Shown: in pieces, positions 9,264 to 21,352 of the stretch
How positions within the stretch are numbered: position 1 is the stretch's first letter
How the letters are laid out: every line of letters starts with the position of its first letter
Assembly: GCA_041178465.1 (NCBI GenBank)
Contig: JBEGVJ010000018.1
Span: forward strand, 960-64,959
Reading direction: 5' to 3'
Source of the DNA: Nitrospirota bacterium
GTDB taxonomy: Bacteria > Nitrospirota > Nitrospiria > Nitrospirales > Nitrospiraceae
DNA length: 64,000 nt
Translations under genes and position numbers: made by a program
The notes under the pieces: model-generated
Seen by the model: only the letters and a program-made list of their open reading frames with translations
The model's database searches: none
Told to the model about the DNA's origin: nothing

Positions 9264-10400
9264 CTATTGGCGTTGTTCAATCGGTACGTAGGATTGGCCA
9301 TGCTCGCCGGAGTAAATCTGGTCCGGACGAAATAGCTTGTTCTCGCGCAATTGCTCCAGCCAATGAGCCAGCCACCCGGACACCCGAGCCATCGCAAACA
9401 ACGGGGTGAACAGATCGGTCTCGATGCCCATCTTGTCGTAGATGATCCCGGAGTAGAAATCGACATTGGGGTAAATCCCCTTCCCCTTCAGCAACTCTCC
9501 CGCAATCAACTCGACCTCAATGGCAATCTTATATAATGTTGAACTGCCACACTCTTTGAAGAGTTGTTGACAGAGGCCTTGGAGGATTGTCGCCCGGGGG
9601 TCTTTGACCTTGTACACCCGGTGGCCGAAGCCCATCAGCCGCTGTTTTGTGCGGACCTGCTCTTCAAGGTAGGATCGTGCCTTCCCTGGTTCACCGATTT
9701 CCTTCAGCATTTGCACGACTTCCTCATTGGCTCCGCCATGCAACGGGCCTTTCAGGGCCCCAATCGAGGAGGCCACAACCGTATAGGGATCGGCCAGTGT
9801 TGAGGCTGTGATCATGCCGGTGAAGGTTGAAGCATTCATCGTGTGCTCGGCATGGAGGATCAGGCAGTCGTCGAACAGATCGGCCCACAAGGGAAGCGGC
9901 TTCGTCTCGGTCAGCATGTAGAGGAAATTTTCCGAGAATCCGAGATCGTCTCGCGGGGGAACATATTCGTTTCCATGCCGCAGTCGCGCCCAGGCTGCGA
10001 CGATCGTGGGCAGTTTGGCCACAAGCCGGACAGCGGACCAATAGTTATTGTCGATGTCGTGGACATTCCGGCCAGGATAAAACATGCCCAGGGCCGCAAC
10101 CGCTGCTTGTAAGGCATCCATGGGATGGCCCTGCTCCGGCAGGCATTTCAACAGATCGACGATCTTGAACTTGATGCGGCGGTGATGGACGATGTCCTCA
10201 TGCCATCGCGCGAGCTGCGGTTGAGTAGGAAGATGCCCGAACAGCAAGAGATAGGCCGTTTCGAGATAGGAGGATCGCAGGCAAAGCTCTTCGACGCGGA
10301 TACCCCGATACTCCAGGAGGCCTCGTTGCCCATCGACGTCGCTAATCGAGGATTTGGCTGCGGGAACGCCGGCAAGCCCCGGCATGAAATCGTGCGGCAT
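9264..10400 (-). CDS. Citrate synthase (short, about 378 aa type)
   Basis: ORF track 378 aa. Citrate-synthase signature regions are GPLHGGANEEV and MGFGHRVYKVKDPRA. Confidence 0.85.
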   Translation of the reverse strand: MPHDFMPGLAGVPAAKSSISDVDGQRGLLEYRGIRVEELCLRSSYLETAYLLLFGHLPTQPQLARWHEDIVHHRRIKFKIVDLLKCLPEQGHPMDALQAAVAALGMFYPGRNVHDIDNNYWSAVRLVAKLPTIVAAWARLRHGNEYVPPRDDLGFSENFLYMLTETKPLPLWADLFDDCLILHAEHTMNASTFTGMITASTLADPYTVVASSIGALKGPLHGGANEEVVQMLKEIGEPGKARSYLEEQVRTKQRLMGFGHRVYKVKDPRATILQGLCQQLFKECGSSTLYKIAIEVELIAGELLKGKGIYPNVDFYSGIIYDKMGIETDLFTPLFAMARVSGWLAHWLEQLRENKLFRPDQIYSGEHGQSYVPIEQRQ

Positions 10401-10540
10401 GATCGCGCTCCTTTACCAGAGTGGTACGATACATGATAAGTCGCAAAAGTCTATCATGTTCGGGGTCGCAGGATCTTGAAATGACTGGAACCGGTTGGCA
10501 TACTGAAACCGTGAGCCACTCAGGATTTGGAGAAAGGCCT

Positions 10541-10918
10541 ATGACCCTCCTGCTGATCTTGTTCTGCCTCATCGCGATGGGGCCGGCCTCGTTGGCCCAG
10601 GCCGATGGCGAAGTGCTTGCGTTTGCCGTTGTGAGTGAGGTGCCGAAAGATAAGGCGCGGGTGCCGGCGAAGGTCTCGGTGAGTGACGCAGTGTCACATA
10701 TGAAGTTGCTCGCGTCGGAGGCGATTCTCAATAATTTGATTTGGAAAAAGCTCGAAATTTGCCATGCCATGAAGCTGGAAGGATACAAAGTCGCTGAAGG
10801 GTTTCAGGTGGTCACGGTACACGTCATCGACGCCAGCATGCTGCCGATGTCTCTCCAGTCGTTTGCCGGAGATTGTTTGATTAAGAAAGCGATCGAGATC
10901 GCGCCGCTGGTCGACTAA
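10541..10918 (+). CDS. Hypothetical secreted protein
   Basis: ORF track 10421..10918. An internal ATG at 10541 is preceded by GGAGAAAGG and gives the signal peptide MTLLLILFCLIAMGPASLAQA. Confidence 0.5.
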   Translation: MTLLLILFCLIAMGPASLAQADGEVLAFAVVSEVPKDKARVPAKVSVSDAVSHMKLLASEAILNNLIWKKLEICHAMKLEGYKVAEGFQVVTVHVIDASMLPMSLQSFAGDCLIKKAIEIAPLVD

Positions 10919-11019
10919 TCAGGATAGCCGAGCGAGATTGGCGGGACGGGCGAGACTCTCAATAGCACGGTTTACGCGTCGCGCTTGTCACGCCAGTCTC
11001 GCGCTTCACGCACCACGGG

Positions 11020-11397
11020 CTAAGCCTGTCGGCATTCCTGGCAGGAAGTGGGTTCTTCTGGCGCCTCACACTCTTCAGAGGTCAAAGGGAAGAGTTGTTC
11101 GCATTGCCGGCAGGGGCGAATTTCGAAGTAGGCGGTCCCTTTGTCGTCGATGTCGGTAGGCAAGAGTAGCTCCAGCGGGTCATATCCGATTGCGCCGCCG
11201 TCGGAGAATTTGACGATGGCCAGACGATCGTTGAAGACCTCAAAGGTTGCTTCCTGCCCTTTCCTGGCCAAGACATGTCCGAGGACGAAAACCGGCTGCC
11301 CCTTACGTTTCGTGCGGAGGTCTCGCAGGGTATGCTGGCTGGCTGTGGCACAGGAGAATTGGCCGGTGGAGCTCGTTCCGAAGATGGGTGTCAGCAT
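11020..11397 (-). CDS. Hypothetical protein with a C-terminal CxxC...CxxC zinc-ribbon-like tail
   Basis: ORF track 125 aa, ending in CRQCEQ...CQECRQA. I recognise no family. Confidence 0.4.
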   Translation of the reverse strand: MLTPIFGTSSTGQFSCATASQHTLRDLRTKRKGQPVFVLGHVLARKGQEATFEVFNDRLAIVKFSDGGAIGYDPLELLLPTDIDDKGTAYFEIRPCRQCEQLFPLTSEECEAPEEPTSCQECRQA

Positions 11398-11491
11398 AAA
11401 TGGGCGTTCACGTGAATAGATTGAGGATGATGTATCACAGGGATAAAAATGGCGTCAAGGCAGATGGGACGCTGAAACAAGGAGTTCGAAC

Positions 11492-11842
11492 ATGCCAGAA
11501 GTGACGATTTACCAGAAACCGACCTGTAGCACCTGCCGTCAGGCGGTGCAATTACTACACGAGAGCGGTCAGCCCTTCACGGCTATCAACTACTACGAAA
11601 AGCCTTTCAGCAAGGCCCAACTCAAGGGCCTCTTGAAGAAGGCGGGGCTCTCGCCGAAGGATATTCTGCGGACCAAAGAAGACATCTATAAGGAACTCGG
11701 GTTAGCCAAAAAGAATCTGTCGGATGATGAATGGCTCGATGTGATGATCGCTCACCCGGACCTCATCCAACGTCCGATTGTCCAGAAAGGCGAGAAAGTG
11801 ATCTTAGCCAGACCGGCTGAGTCGGTCAAAAACCTATTGTAA
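11492..11842 (+). CDS. ArsC/Spx family (glutaredoxin-fold) protein
   Basis: ORF track 116 aa. It has the N-terminal IYQKPTCSTCRQA motif and a typical length and layout for the ArsC/YffB/Spx family. Confidence 0.75.
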   Translation: MPEVTIYQKPTCSTCRQAVQLLHESGQPFTAINYYEKPFSKAQLKGLLKKAGLSPKDILRTKEDIYKELGLAKKNLSDDEWLDVMIAHPDLIQRPIVQKGEKVILARPAESVKNLL

Positions 11843-11849
11843 CAGCTCA

Positions 11850-13046
11850 TCAGCTTATAGTCTTCGAGGCACTTCCTTGAGTCATTCGGAGGGCACCGGA
11901 AGTTCGGTCTACTGTGATGGTGACGGCTCCATCCAATACTTGGAGCAGTAAATCTCCTGCCAGGTGGCGTCGCCAGCCACGGAGGATGGGCACATCGAGC
12001 GTTGCCCGACTCTGTTTCGCCTCCACGAGTGTTTGGAGGTCGGAGCTGGTGGCAAGCATGGTCGGCGCAATCCCCTCCTCTGCTGCGCGGGCTTTTAACA
12101 CCGCTTGCAGGAGCTCGACGATGCCGGTCGATTCAGGATCCGGTTTCCGTTCGCGAGGGACTTCCGGCCATGCCGACGCTGGGAGCGCGAGGGCCGAGGT
12201 GATGGTGGCCAACAGTTGCTCGCCATGTCGATCGACCTCGGAGGAATGGACGCCGCGGAGCCCACGGAGTTCCGCGACCGATTTGGGGGGATGGCGTGCG
12301 AGCTGGAGCAGCACCTCGTCTCGCATGACCCGTCCGCGAGGCACGTTCCGGCGTCTGGCTTCCGCTTCGCGCCAGGCCGCCAATTCACGAAGCACCGCAG
12401 CTCCCTTGGGCTTCAGCGTCTCCCAGCCGCGAATGCGTTGATAGCGTTCTTGAGGTTCCCGGCTTTTTTCTCCCACCGCCGTTTCCAGACGCGCAAACTC
12501 CTCGCCGACCCACTCCAACCGGCCGAGTGTGCTGAGGCGATCCTGCAGATGCGTATGGATCGACAGGAGAAACTCGACATCTTCCAAGGCGTAGGAGATC
12601 TGGTCATCCGAGAGCGGCCGCGCACTCCAGTTGGTGAACGTATGGGCTTTGGCCAGCTTCGTGCCATGGAGCCGTTGGACCAGGTTCGCATAGGCGACTT
12701 GGGCTCCATACCCGACCATGGCAGCGGCGATCTGCGTATCGAAGAACGGCTTCGGAATCTGTCCTGCATGGGTGGCAAAGAGATCGAGGTCTTGTCGGCC
12801 TGCATGGACGATTTTCTCAATGTTGGTGTCGCAGATCAGCTCCCAGAAGACGTCCAGCGATCCATGGGCCTGCACGGAGGGAAAGTCGATGACGGCAGCA
12901 GTGGCGGCGGTCGCAACTTGGATCAGTTCGAGTCGTGGGACAAAGGTGTCTTCCCCGACAAATTCCGTATCCAGCGCCAGCCTCGGACTCTGCCGCAGCG
13001 TCTGGCACAGGGTTTCAAGGGCAGACTGGTCGGTCACATACAACAT
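11850..13046 (-). CDS. rnd: Ribonuclease D (DEDD 3'-5' exonuclease plus HRDC)
   Basis: ORF track 11850..13121. I prefer the internal start MLYVTDQSALETLCQTL...LALDTEFV (ATG 13046). It aligns with the E. coli RNase D N-terminus and removes the overlap with the upstream gene. Confidence 0.8.
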   Translation of the reverse strand: MLYVTDQSALETLCQTLRQSPRLALDTEFVGEDTFVPRLELIQVATAATAAVIDFPSVQAHGSLDVFWELICDTNIEKIVHAGRQDLDLFATHAGQIPKPFFDTQIAAAMVGYGAQVAYANLVQRLHGTKLAKAHTFTNWSARPLSDDQISYALEDVEFLLSIHTHLQDRLSTLGRLEWVGEEFARLETAVGEKSREPQERYQRIRGWETLKPKGAAVLRELAAWREAEARRRNVPRGRVMRDEVLLQLARHPPKSVAELRGLRGVHSSEVDRHGEQLLATITSALALPASAWPEVPRERKPDPESTGIVELLQAVLKARAAEEGIAPTMLATSSDLQTLVEAKQSRATLDVPILRGWRRHLAGDLLLQVLDGAVTITVDRTSGALRMTQGSASKTIS

Positions 13047-13071
13047 CGGCGGTTTGAGTGTCACAGGTCTC

Positions 13072-13704
13072 TCATTCGGTTGGATTGTAAGTGTGGTCTG
13101 GTGATCGAGGAGGCTCGACATTGCTGAGGCTCAAGTATTCTTTGAGAAACTGGTAGGCTTCCAACATGCGGCGCAATTCCGGTTCTGCGCTGCGGTCTCC
13201 GTTATTCGAATCGGGGTGGAGTTGTTTCGCCTTCTGACGGAATGAAGCGGTGACCTCGGCGAGCGAACTGCCGAATTCCACGCCCATTGCGGCGTAGGCG
13301 TCCATCGCATTGTTGATGCCGCTCGCTCCTTGGGAGGGGTCGCCGCCTCCCCCGCCGGCGGATTTCAGCATATCGGCCAGACTGATTTTCTTGCGCCGGC
13401 GACGGGGGCGCTCTCGAATTTCACTGTCGAAATCGTCCCATCGGTCTTCGACGAACTCGAGACGGGATTCCAGGCGCATCGCACCGGAGAGATCACGAAT
13501 CTCCTCCAGCTCCTCTTCAATTTGGATCAGGGACTTGATGATTTCCTCCAGCCCTTCTTCCACGCGAAAGAAGCTGTCGATTCGGTCTTGCATCATCGTG
13601 TCAACGGCGAGCTCCAAGCTTTCTTCGGTTTTCGGGCGCAACGACTCGATCCGCCGTTTCATCCCACGTCGAAACTTCATGAATTTACTTTGTGAAAACG
13701 GCAT
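13072..13704 (-). CDS. J-domain (DnaJ-like) protein with an acidic coiled N-terminal region
   Basis: ORF track 210 aa. The C-terminal J-domain-like segment AYAAMGVEFGSSLAEVTASFRQKAKQLHPD contains HPD. GAAGGAGAG precedes the ATG. Confidence 0.7.
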   Translation of the reverse strand: MPFSQSKFMKFRRGMKRRIESLRPKTEESLELAVDTMMQDRIDSFFRVEEGLEEIIKSLIQIEEELEEIRDLSGAMRLESRLEFVEDRWDDFDSEIRERPRRRRKKISLADMLKSAGGGGGDPSQGASGINNAMDAYAAMGVEFGSSLAEVTASFRQKAKQLHPDSNNGDRSAEPELRRMLEAYQFLKEYLSLSNVEPPRSPDHTYNPTE

Positions 13705-14012
13705 CTGAACAAGCTCTCCTTCAGGAGGCGCATTCTAGCATAGCTTGATCGCAGGCCAGAAGCACAGTGAAACCAGCTGAATGCTGAGGGCTGAGTGATG
13801 GTAGCGCAAACGCGTCAGTGAGAATCCGGCCTCCAGCTCAATCGCTGCTGTAGTTCTGCCACTGCCTCTTTCCCCCTATACAAATAGCCCAGGGAAAAGG
13901 GGGACTGGGCGGTTGACAACAGAGGCCTGTTTTCGCTACCGTATCGCCCGTTTGCCCTACTTGAATGGGTAAACAGCACATTAACATTCACATTCAAAGG
14001 GGGTGACATACT

Positions 14013-14240
14013 ATGAAGAGCATTTTGATGGCAATCATGGCAGTGGCAGTGGCAGTGACGTTCAGCGCTCCTTCCTTCGCTGAAGAGAAGAAGGCCGAGA
14101 AGAAGGACGAGAAGAAGGGCGGCCACGTCCTTGTGTACGGCGACGAGAAGAAGGAAAAGAAGGACGAGAAGAAGGGCGGCCACGCTGACACGTTCGGCGA
14201 TAAGAAGGACGAGAAGAAGAAGGACGAGAAGGGCAAGTAA
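14013..14240 (+). CDS. Small secreted Lys/Glu-rich repeat protein (75 aa)
   Basis: ORF track. A strong SD (AAAGGGGGTGA) precedes the ATG. The signal peptide ends SFA/EE. The mature part consists of EKK/DEKK repeats with two KKGGH units. A strong terminator follows. Confidence 0.6.
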   Translation: MKSILMAIMAVAVAVTFSAPSFAEEKKAEKKDEKKGGHVLVYGDEKKEKKDEKKGGHADTFGDKKDEKKKDEKGK

Positions 14241-14294
14241 TTACGACACACGTCGTTTGTCTGATCAGACAAGCCTGACTTGAACGATTCTGAA

Positions 14295-14331
14295 GGGGCC
14301 TGCGATCTCACGATTGCAGGCCCCTTTTCTT
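14295..14331 (+). terminator. Rho-independent terminator after the Lys/Glu-rich gene
   Basis: A 13-bp stem GGGGCCTGCGATC/GATTGCAGGCCCC (one G-U pair), loop TCAC, followed by TTTTCTT. Confidence 0.75.
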
Positions 14332-14376
14332 ATCCGCTCGTTGACCCTTCTCAGATCACGATGCTACCGTGGAGCC

Positions 14377-17300
14377 ATGCACACTCCATCAGAATCAGCA
14401 CAGCCGAATCGCCTCCTTCACGAAACCAGTCCCTATCTCCTCCAACATGCCTCAAACCCGGTGGACTGGTACCCTTGGGGACCGGAGGCCTTGCAGGCAG
14501 CAAAAGAACAGAACCGCCCCATCCTGCTTTCGATCGGCTATTCCGCCTGTCATTGGTGCCATGTGATGGAGCGGGAGTCGTTCGAAAACGCGGCCGTTGC
14601 CTCCCTCATGAACCGTCATTTTATCTGTATCAAAGTCGACCGGGAAGAACGTCCCGATCTTGACGAGATCTATATGCAGGCCACGGTGACACTTAATCAT
14701 GGTCAGGGAGGTTGGCCGATGACGGTCTTCCTGACGCCGGACCAAGAGCCTTTCTTTGCCGGGACGTATTTTCCGCCTGAGGATCGATGGGGCAGGCCCG
14801 GCTTCCCTAGTCTGCTCAAAAAAATCGCAGAAGCCTGGGAGAAAGATGCCGCAAGTCTTACGGGCCAAGCGCGGAAATTGACCGAACGGTTGAAGAGCGA
14901 ACTCAAAGCGGTCTCTCCCGTTTCAGTCAGCGTTTCCGTGCTTGCTGACGCCGTGACGCAGTTTCGGAAAGATTTCGACGAGCGTCATGGCGGATTCGGC
15001 AGCGCTCCCAAATTCCCCCCGTCGGCAGGCCTGTCCTTGCTTCTCCGCTGTTACCATCGAACGGGCGACAGTATAACCTTGCAGATGGTGACAAGGACAC
15101 TGGATGCGATGGCGGCAGGAGGAATCTACGATCATATCGGCGGCGGGTTCGCGCGCTACTCCACCGACGAACGTTGGCTGGCTCCCCATTTCGAGAAAAT
15201 GCTCTATGACAATGCCCTTCTGGCCAAGACGTACTTGGAAGCCTATCAAGTGACCAAGCAGGTTTCCTATCGTCAGGTCACGACGGACGTGCTCGACTAT
15301 ATTCTCCGGGAGATGACCGACCCAGCCGGAGGATTTTATTCCGCGACGGATGCGGACTCGGAAGGGGTCGAGGGGAAGTTTTTCGTCTGGACGCCGACGG
15401 AGGTCCAGGCCGCCCTCCTGAATGCAGAAGATGCGCGCCGGTTCTGCGCCTGCTACGACATTACCGACGAGGGAAATTGGGAACATCGCAGCATCCCCAA
15501 TCGGCTGCGGCCCATCGAGTCCGTGACCAAAGAGTTGGACCTCACCATCGATGAACTGCACGAGACGATCCAGCGCGTGCGTCCCCTCCTCTATCGCGCC
15601 CGCCAGCAGCGAGTTCCGCCCGCGCTCGACGATAAGATCATTACGGCATGGAACGGCATGATGATCTCATCGATGGCCGAGGCGGGCCGTGTTTTAGGGA
15701 ACCGTCGCTACATCGACGGGGCCATGAAGGCGGCAGACTTTCTCTTACTCGTGCATCGGACTGCCAAGGGGACGCTGCTCCGCACCTCGCGACAAGGTCG
15801 CGCCCATCTCGACGGGGTCCTGGAAGATTATGCCTATCTGGCAGAAGGATTGATCGATCTCTATGAAGCCTGCGGACAGGAGCGGTATCTCATTGCCGCG
15901 CTGCAATTGGGAGAGCGGATGGTGAACTCCTTTCAGGATAAAGATCAGGGGGGCTTCTACACGACTGCGGAGGGGCATGAAGCTCTGATTATCCGGGCAC
16001 GGGAGGGAGCGGACGGTGCAACGCCCAGCGGTAACGCCGTGGCTGTCTCCGCCCTCGCTCGACTCTCCTTCCACTACGATCGTCAGGATCTGCGCGACGC
16101 GGCGATCGGCGGGATTCGCGCCTATGGCCGCCAGATAGCCCGGTATCCGAAAGCCTTTGCCAAGAGTCTTTCAGTGGTGGATCTTTTGGCGGAAGGGCCG
16201 ATTGAATTGGCGTTTGTCGGAGCGCCCAACGATCCGGGGCTGGAGGCATTGCAACGCGCTGCGCGTGAGGTGTTCCTGCCTCATCGTGTGATTGCCTCCA
16301 GTGGTGGAACGGGCCAGCCGTCCGGTCATCCCCTATTGGCCGGCAGGGGATTGGTGGAGGGGAAGGCGGCACTCTATATCTGTCGAAACTTCTCCTGTCA
16401 GCGGCCCCTTACCGATGCACGGGAAGTCACAGCGGCGCTGCTGTCTGCGTCGCGACGAACGGATCAGACGACCCAACAGACTCTTTTGCAAGGAGCATCG
16501 CTCCCTGGAGCTGCCAGTCCGGAGGGGACAGCCCGGTACGCTGCACGCATCGTGAGTCAGTCACGCCATAACGGCCGCATGGAACATGGGTATGGCCGAT
16601 TCGGCAACAGCGGGTTGACAACATCGCGATTGGGGTTCGGTACCTATCGAGTCGATACCAGGGAGCCGGAACATCGAGAAGCCCTCAAGAAGGCTCTGCG
16701 AGAAGGCGTGAATCTGATCGATACTTCGACGAATTACATGGACGGAGACAGCGAGCAATTGGTCGGCTCTGTTTTGGGCGAGGCGATCAAGAATGGTGGG
16801 CTGGCTCGTGACGAGGTGATCGTCGTCTCGAAGATCGGCTATGTGCAAGGACAGAATTTGAAACAGGCTGAGTCGAGAGAACAAGCCGGGCGTCCCTACC
16901 CTGATATGGTCAAATATGGCGAGGGGATTTGGCATTGTATCCACCCGGAGTATCTGGCCGATCAGCTCACCCAGTCACTGGATCGGCTGGGACTCGCCAC
17001 GCTTGATGTCTGCTTGCTTCACAATCCGGAATATTTTCTGTCCGAGGCAGCACGCCATGCAGATGGAGATCTCGTTGCGACGCGGGAGGCCTTTTATCGC
17101 CGGATTGAACAGGCCTTCACGTTTTTTGAGTCGCAAGTGGTGGCAGGGCGGATCAGGTCGTACGGCGTGTCGTCGAATACGGTCACGGCGGATCCATCGG
17201 ACGCGGAGGCGACGTCGCTTTCTCGCCTGTGCGAGGCTGCGAAAACTGCCGCGACGTCGCAGGGCATGGACCGTCACCATTTCGCGGTGCTGCAATGTCC

Positions 17301-18057
17301 CATGAATCTCTATGAGGCAGGCGCGTTCTTGACGCCCAATACGGGAGTGGGGCAACGGGAAACGGTGCTGGAGGTGGCGCAGCGATCAGGGATCGCGGTG
17401 CTCGTTAATCGTCCGCTCAACGCCATGCCGACAAAAAAGAGCGGTGTGATTCGATTGGCGGATTTTCCATTCGAAGGCGACCAGGTGGACTTCGAACGGC
17501 AATGCCAAACGGTCGCGGCGCTTGAGGAAGAATACCGCAAGTCCATTGCCCCGACCCTTCAGCATAATGGCCAAGGAACGGCCCCGGCTGACTTCTTCAC
17601 CTGGGCCGTTGAGCTGACCCGCATGCGGCCCCACATCCAGGGACTGGAACATTGGGAACAGATAGAGCAACAATTGATCGCGCCACAGATGAATCAAGTG
17701 ATGCAGGCCCTCTCACAGCATCTGACCGGAACGGCGGCTGAACAGTGGGACGCCTGGCGTGATCGTTATGTGCCGCAGCTGCTGACCCTGTTGGGTGGGC
17801 TCCGCAAGGAAGCCACCGAACGGAGTCGCGCAAGAACCGCTTCGCTGTCGGCGTCCCTCAATCATCTGTTGCCGGAAGCAAGACGCAACGAATCGCTGTC
17901 ACGAAAATCTCTGTGGGTGTTGGCCAGCACTCCTGGCGTGACTGCGGTGTTAAATGGGATGAGATCGCGGGCCTATGTCGAGGATTCTTTGGCGATTTTA
18001 AAGTGGGAACCAGCACCGGCTGTGAGGCCGCTGTACGACGCTATGACGCCTCGATAA
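14377..18057 (+). CDS. Fusion protein: YyaL/DUF255 thioredoxin-like plus six-hairpin (GlcNAc-2-epimerase-like) module fused to an aldo/keto reductase module
   Basis: ORF track 14314..18057. The ORF start lies inside the upstream terminator, so I use ATG 14377 (GGAG upstream). The N-terminus reads [25 protein letters not shown]...[16 protein letters not shown]. From about 16570 the sequence is AKR-like ([33 protein letters not shown]). Confidence 0.8.
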   Translation: MHTPSESAQPNRLLHETSPYLLQHASNPVDWYPWGPEALQAAKEQNRPILLSIGYSACHWCHVMERESFENAAVASLMNRHFICIKVDREERPDLDEIYMQATVTLNHGQGGWPMTVFLTPDQEPFFAGTYFPPEDRWGRPGFPSLLKKIAEAWEKDAASLTGQARKLTERLKSELKAVSPVSVSVSVLADAVTQFRKDFDERHGGFGSAPKFPPSAGLSLLLRCYHRTGDSITLQMVTRTLDAMAAGGIYDHIGGGFARYSTDERWLAPHFEKMLYDNALLAKTYLEAYQVTKQVSYRQVTTDVLDYILREMTDPAGGFYSATDADSEGVEGKFFVWTPTEVQAALLNAEDARRFCACYDITDEGNWEHRSIPNRLRPIESVTKELDLTIDELHETIQRVRPLLYRARQQRVPPALDDKIITAWNGMMISSMAEAGRVLGNRRYIDGAMKAADFLLLVHRTAKGTLLRTSRQGRAHLDGVLEDYAYLAEGLIDLYEACGQERYLIAALQLGERMVNSFQDKDQGGFYTTAEGHEALIIRAREGADGATPSGNAVAVSALARLSFHYDRQDLRDAAIGGIRAYGRQIARYPKAFAKSLSVVDLLAEGPIELAFVGAPNDPGLEALQRAAREVFLPHRVIASSGGTGQPSGHPLLAGRGLVEGKAALYICRNFSCQRPLTDAREVTAALLSASRRTDQTTQQTLLQGASLPGAASPEGTARYAARIVSQSRHNGRMEHGYGRFGNSGLTTSRLGFGTYRVDTREPEHREALKKALREGVNLIDTSTNYMDGDSEQLVGSVLGEAIKNGGLARDEVIVVSKIGYVQGQNLKQAESREQAGRPYPDMVKYGEGIWHCIHPEYLADQLTQSLDRLGLATLDVCLLHNPEYFLSEAARHADGDLVATREAFYRRIEQAFTFFESQVVAGRIRSYGVSSNTVTADPSDAEATSLSRLCEAAKTAATSQGMDRHHFAVLQCPMNLYEAGAFLTPNTGVGQRETVLEVAQRSGIAVLVNRPLNAMPTKKSGVIRLADFPFEGDQVDFERQCQTVAALEEEYRKSIAPTLQHNGQGTAPADFFTWAVELTRMRPHIQGLEHWEQIEQQLIAPQMNQVMQALSQHLTGTAAEQWDAWRDRYVPQLLTLLGGLRKEATERSRARTASLSASLNHLLPEARRNESLSRKSLWVLASTPGVTAVLNGMRSRAYVEDSLAILKWEPAPAVRPLYDAMTPR

Positions 18058-18077
18058 GCCTCGAACGATGCCAGACG

Positions 18078-20047
<1,970 letters not shown>

Positions 20048-20156
20048 AGGGCGTCTCCTTGGATTTCGTTGGACGTGGCGAATTATGTCTCGATTGCACG
20101 GCGTTGTCTACGGACTGCACGAGCGTTACGCGGTGTACGGCCTTATTGGGTTGTTC

Positions 20157-20185
20157 TTGCACAGAACCGTACGCCGCACTAGAAT
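20157..20185 (+). promoter_or_regulatory. Candidate sigma70-type promoter of the T2SS operon (TTGCAC-N17-TAGAAT)
   Basis: The plus strand reads TTGCACagaaccgtacgccgcacTAGAAT. The -10 ends 3 nt before the GTG at 20189, which argues for the downstream ATG as the gspC start. Confidence 0.45.
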
Positions 20186-20230
20186 ATCGTGCTGAATAGC
20201 GCGATTGATCCGAAGGCGGTCTTGAAAACG

Positions 20231-21103
20231 ATGAATATGCGGCGGGGCATCATATTGGCCTATGTCATGTGTGGCACCTTTCTCGTGGCACACATCGTCA
20301 ACGCGGTGATTGCGGAGGCCTTGTCTGTTTCGACGGAGGTGGTGCTGCCATCACCGGTTTCCACCCTTGAGGTGGAGGCGAAGGCTTCCGTGTCTGCGAT
20401 GGTTGAGCATATTCGGACGAGCGGACTCTTTCCTCTCCCGCCTGATCCACTCGGCATGAGCACCGTGGCAGGGGGGGACGCACCGCCTTCCCGTGCTCCG
20501 TTAAATGTGGCGGCGAAGCTCAAGCTGCTGGGGGTGGTGATCGGCGATCAAGGAGGGCGCTCTGTTATCGTTGAGGAACTTTCCAGCAAGCGACAACTCT
20601 TTTTTCTGTTGCACGACCAGATACCAGACGTGGGCGAGATCAGCGAAATCCGTCGGGACGGAATGGTGGTTCGTCAGGGCGATCAACAGGAGTTGCTCGA
20701 ACTAGCCGCTTCGCAGAGCGAGAAGTCCCTGTCGGCTGCCGCAGGTACAGCTGGGCCAGCTGTAGCGCCAGCGCCTGGCAGTCCAGTGCGTACCGTGCTT
20801 GACCGGAAGGACGTTGAACAGGCAACGGGAGATTTGCCGAAGTTATTATCTCAGGCGAGAGCCGTGCCCTATCTGGTGAACGGGGCGATAAACGGGTTCC
20901 GTCTAGATTTCGTCGCACCCTCCAGTTTTTACGCAAAGATTGGGTTGCAATATGGAGATGTCCTTCAGCAGGTCAATGGTGTGGCCATCAGTGATCCCGG
21001 CACGATGCTCACGCTCTTTCAGCAGCTTCGCAACGAGAAGCAGGTGAAGCTTGATGTTCTGCGTAATAATCAGCGAACCGCGATGACGTTCGACATTCGT
21101 TGA
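20231..21103 (+). CDS. gspC: Type II secretion protein GspC-like (N-terminal TM segment, C-terminal PDZ-like domain)
   Basis: ORF track 20189..21103. It has the TM segment IILAYVMCGTFLVAHIV and the PDZ-like C-terminus GLQYGDVLQQVNGVAISDPG. It is first in the gsp cluster. I chose the start at ATG 20231. Confidence 0.6.
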   Translation: MNMRRGIILAYVMCGTFLVAHIVNAVIAEALSVSTEVVLPSPVSTLEVEAKASVSAMVEHIRTSGLFPLPPDPLGMSTVAGGDAPPSRAPLNVAAKLKLLGVVIGDQGGRSVIVEELSSKRQLFFLLHDQIPDVGEISEIRRDGMVVRQGDQQELLELAASQSEKSLSAAAGTAGPAVAPAPGSPVRTVLDRKDVEQATGDLPKLLSQARAVPYLVNGAINGFRLDFVAPSSFYAKIGLQYGDVLQQVNGVAISDPGTMLTLFQQLRNEKQVKLDVLRNNQRTAMTFDIR

Positions 21104-21352
21104 ATCCGCTGTCCCCTCATCTGTTGCAGCTTCTTCCTGCTTTCGACCGCCGCCCGTCGTTCCGGTGCCTCCCGATGCAGGCAGGGTTAAGAAGGCACAC
21201 TGCCCATCGAACGGTTGCGTGGAGAGGATCTTCGTGATCTTGTCAGAGATATCAGGTAGAGGGTATTCTCGTACGGTGCACAGGCGCATGCCTTGTTGCG
21301 GGGCGGAAGGAGCGTCCCCGGAAATGAAGAATGCATTATTTGGTGCGCGCTC

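Noticed and set aside
12105-13127. 340-aa plus-strand ORF opposite rnd
   Set aside because: It is antisense to a well-supported RNase D gene, has an Arg/Gly-rich composition and contains no recognisable motifs.
13815-14311. Minus-strand ORFs 13815..14183 and 13994..14311
   Set aside because: They are antisense translations of the GAAGAA-rich repeat gene (poly-F/S/L products). The plus-strand gene has an SD, a signal peptide and a terminator.
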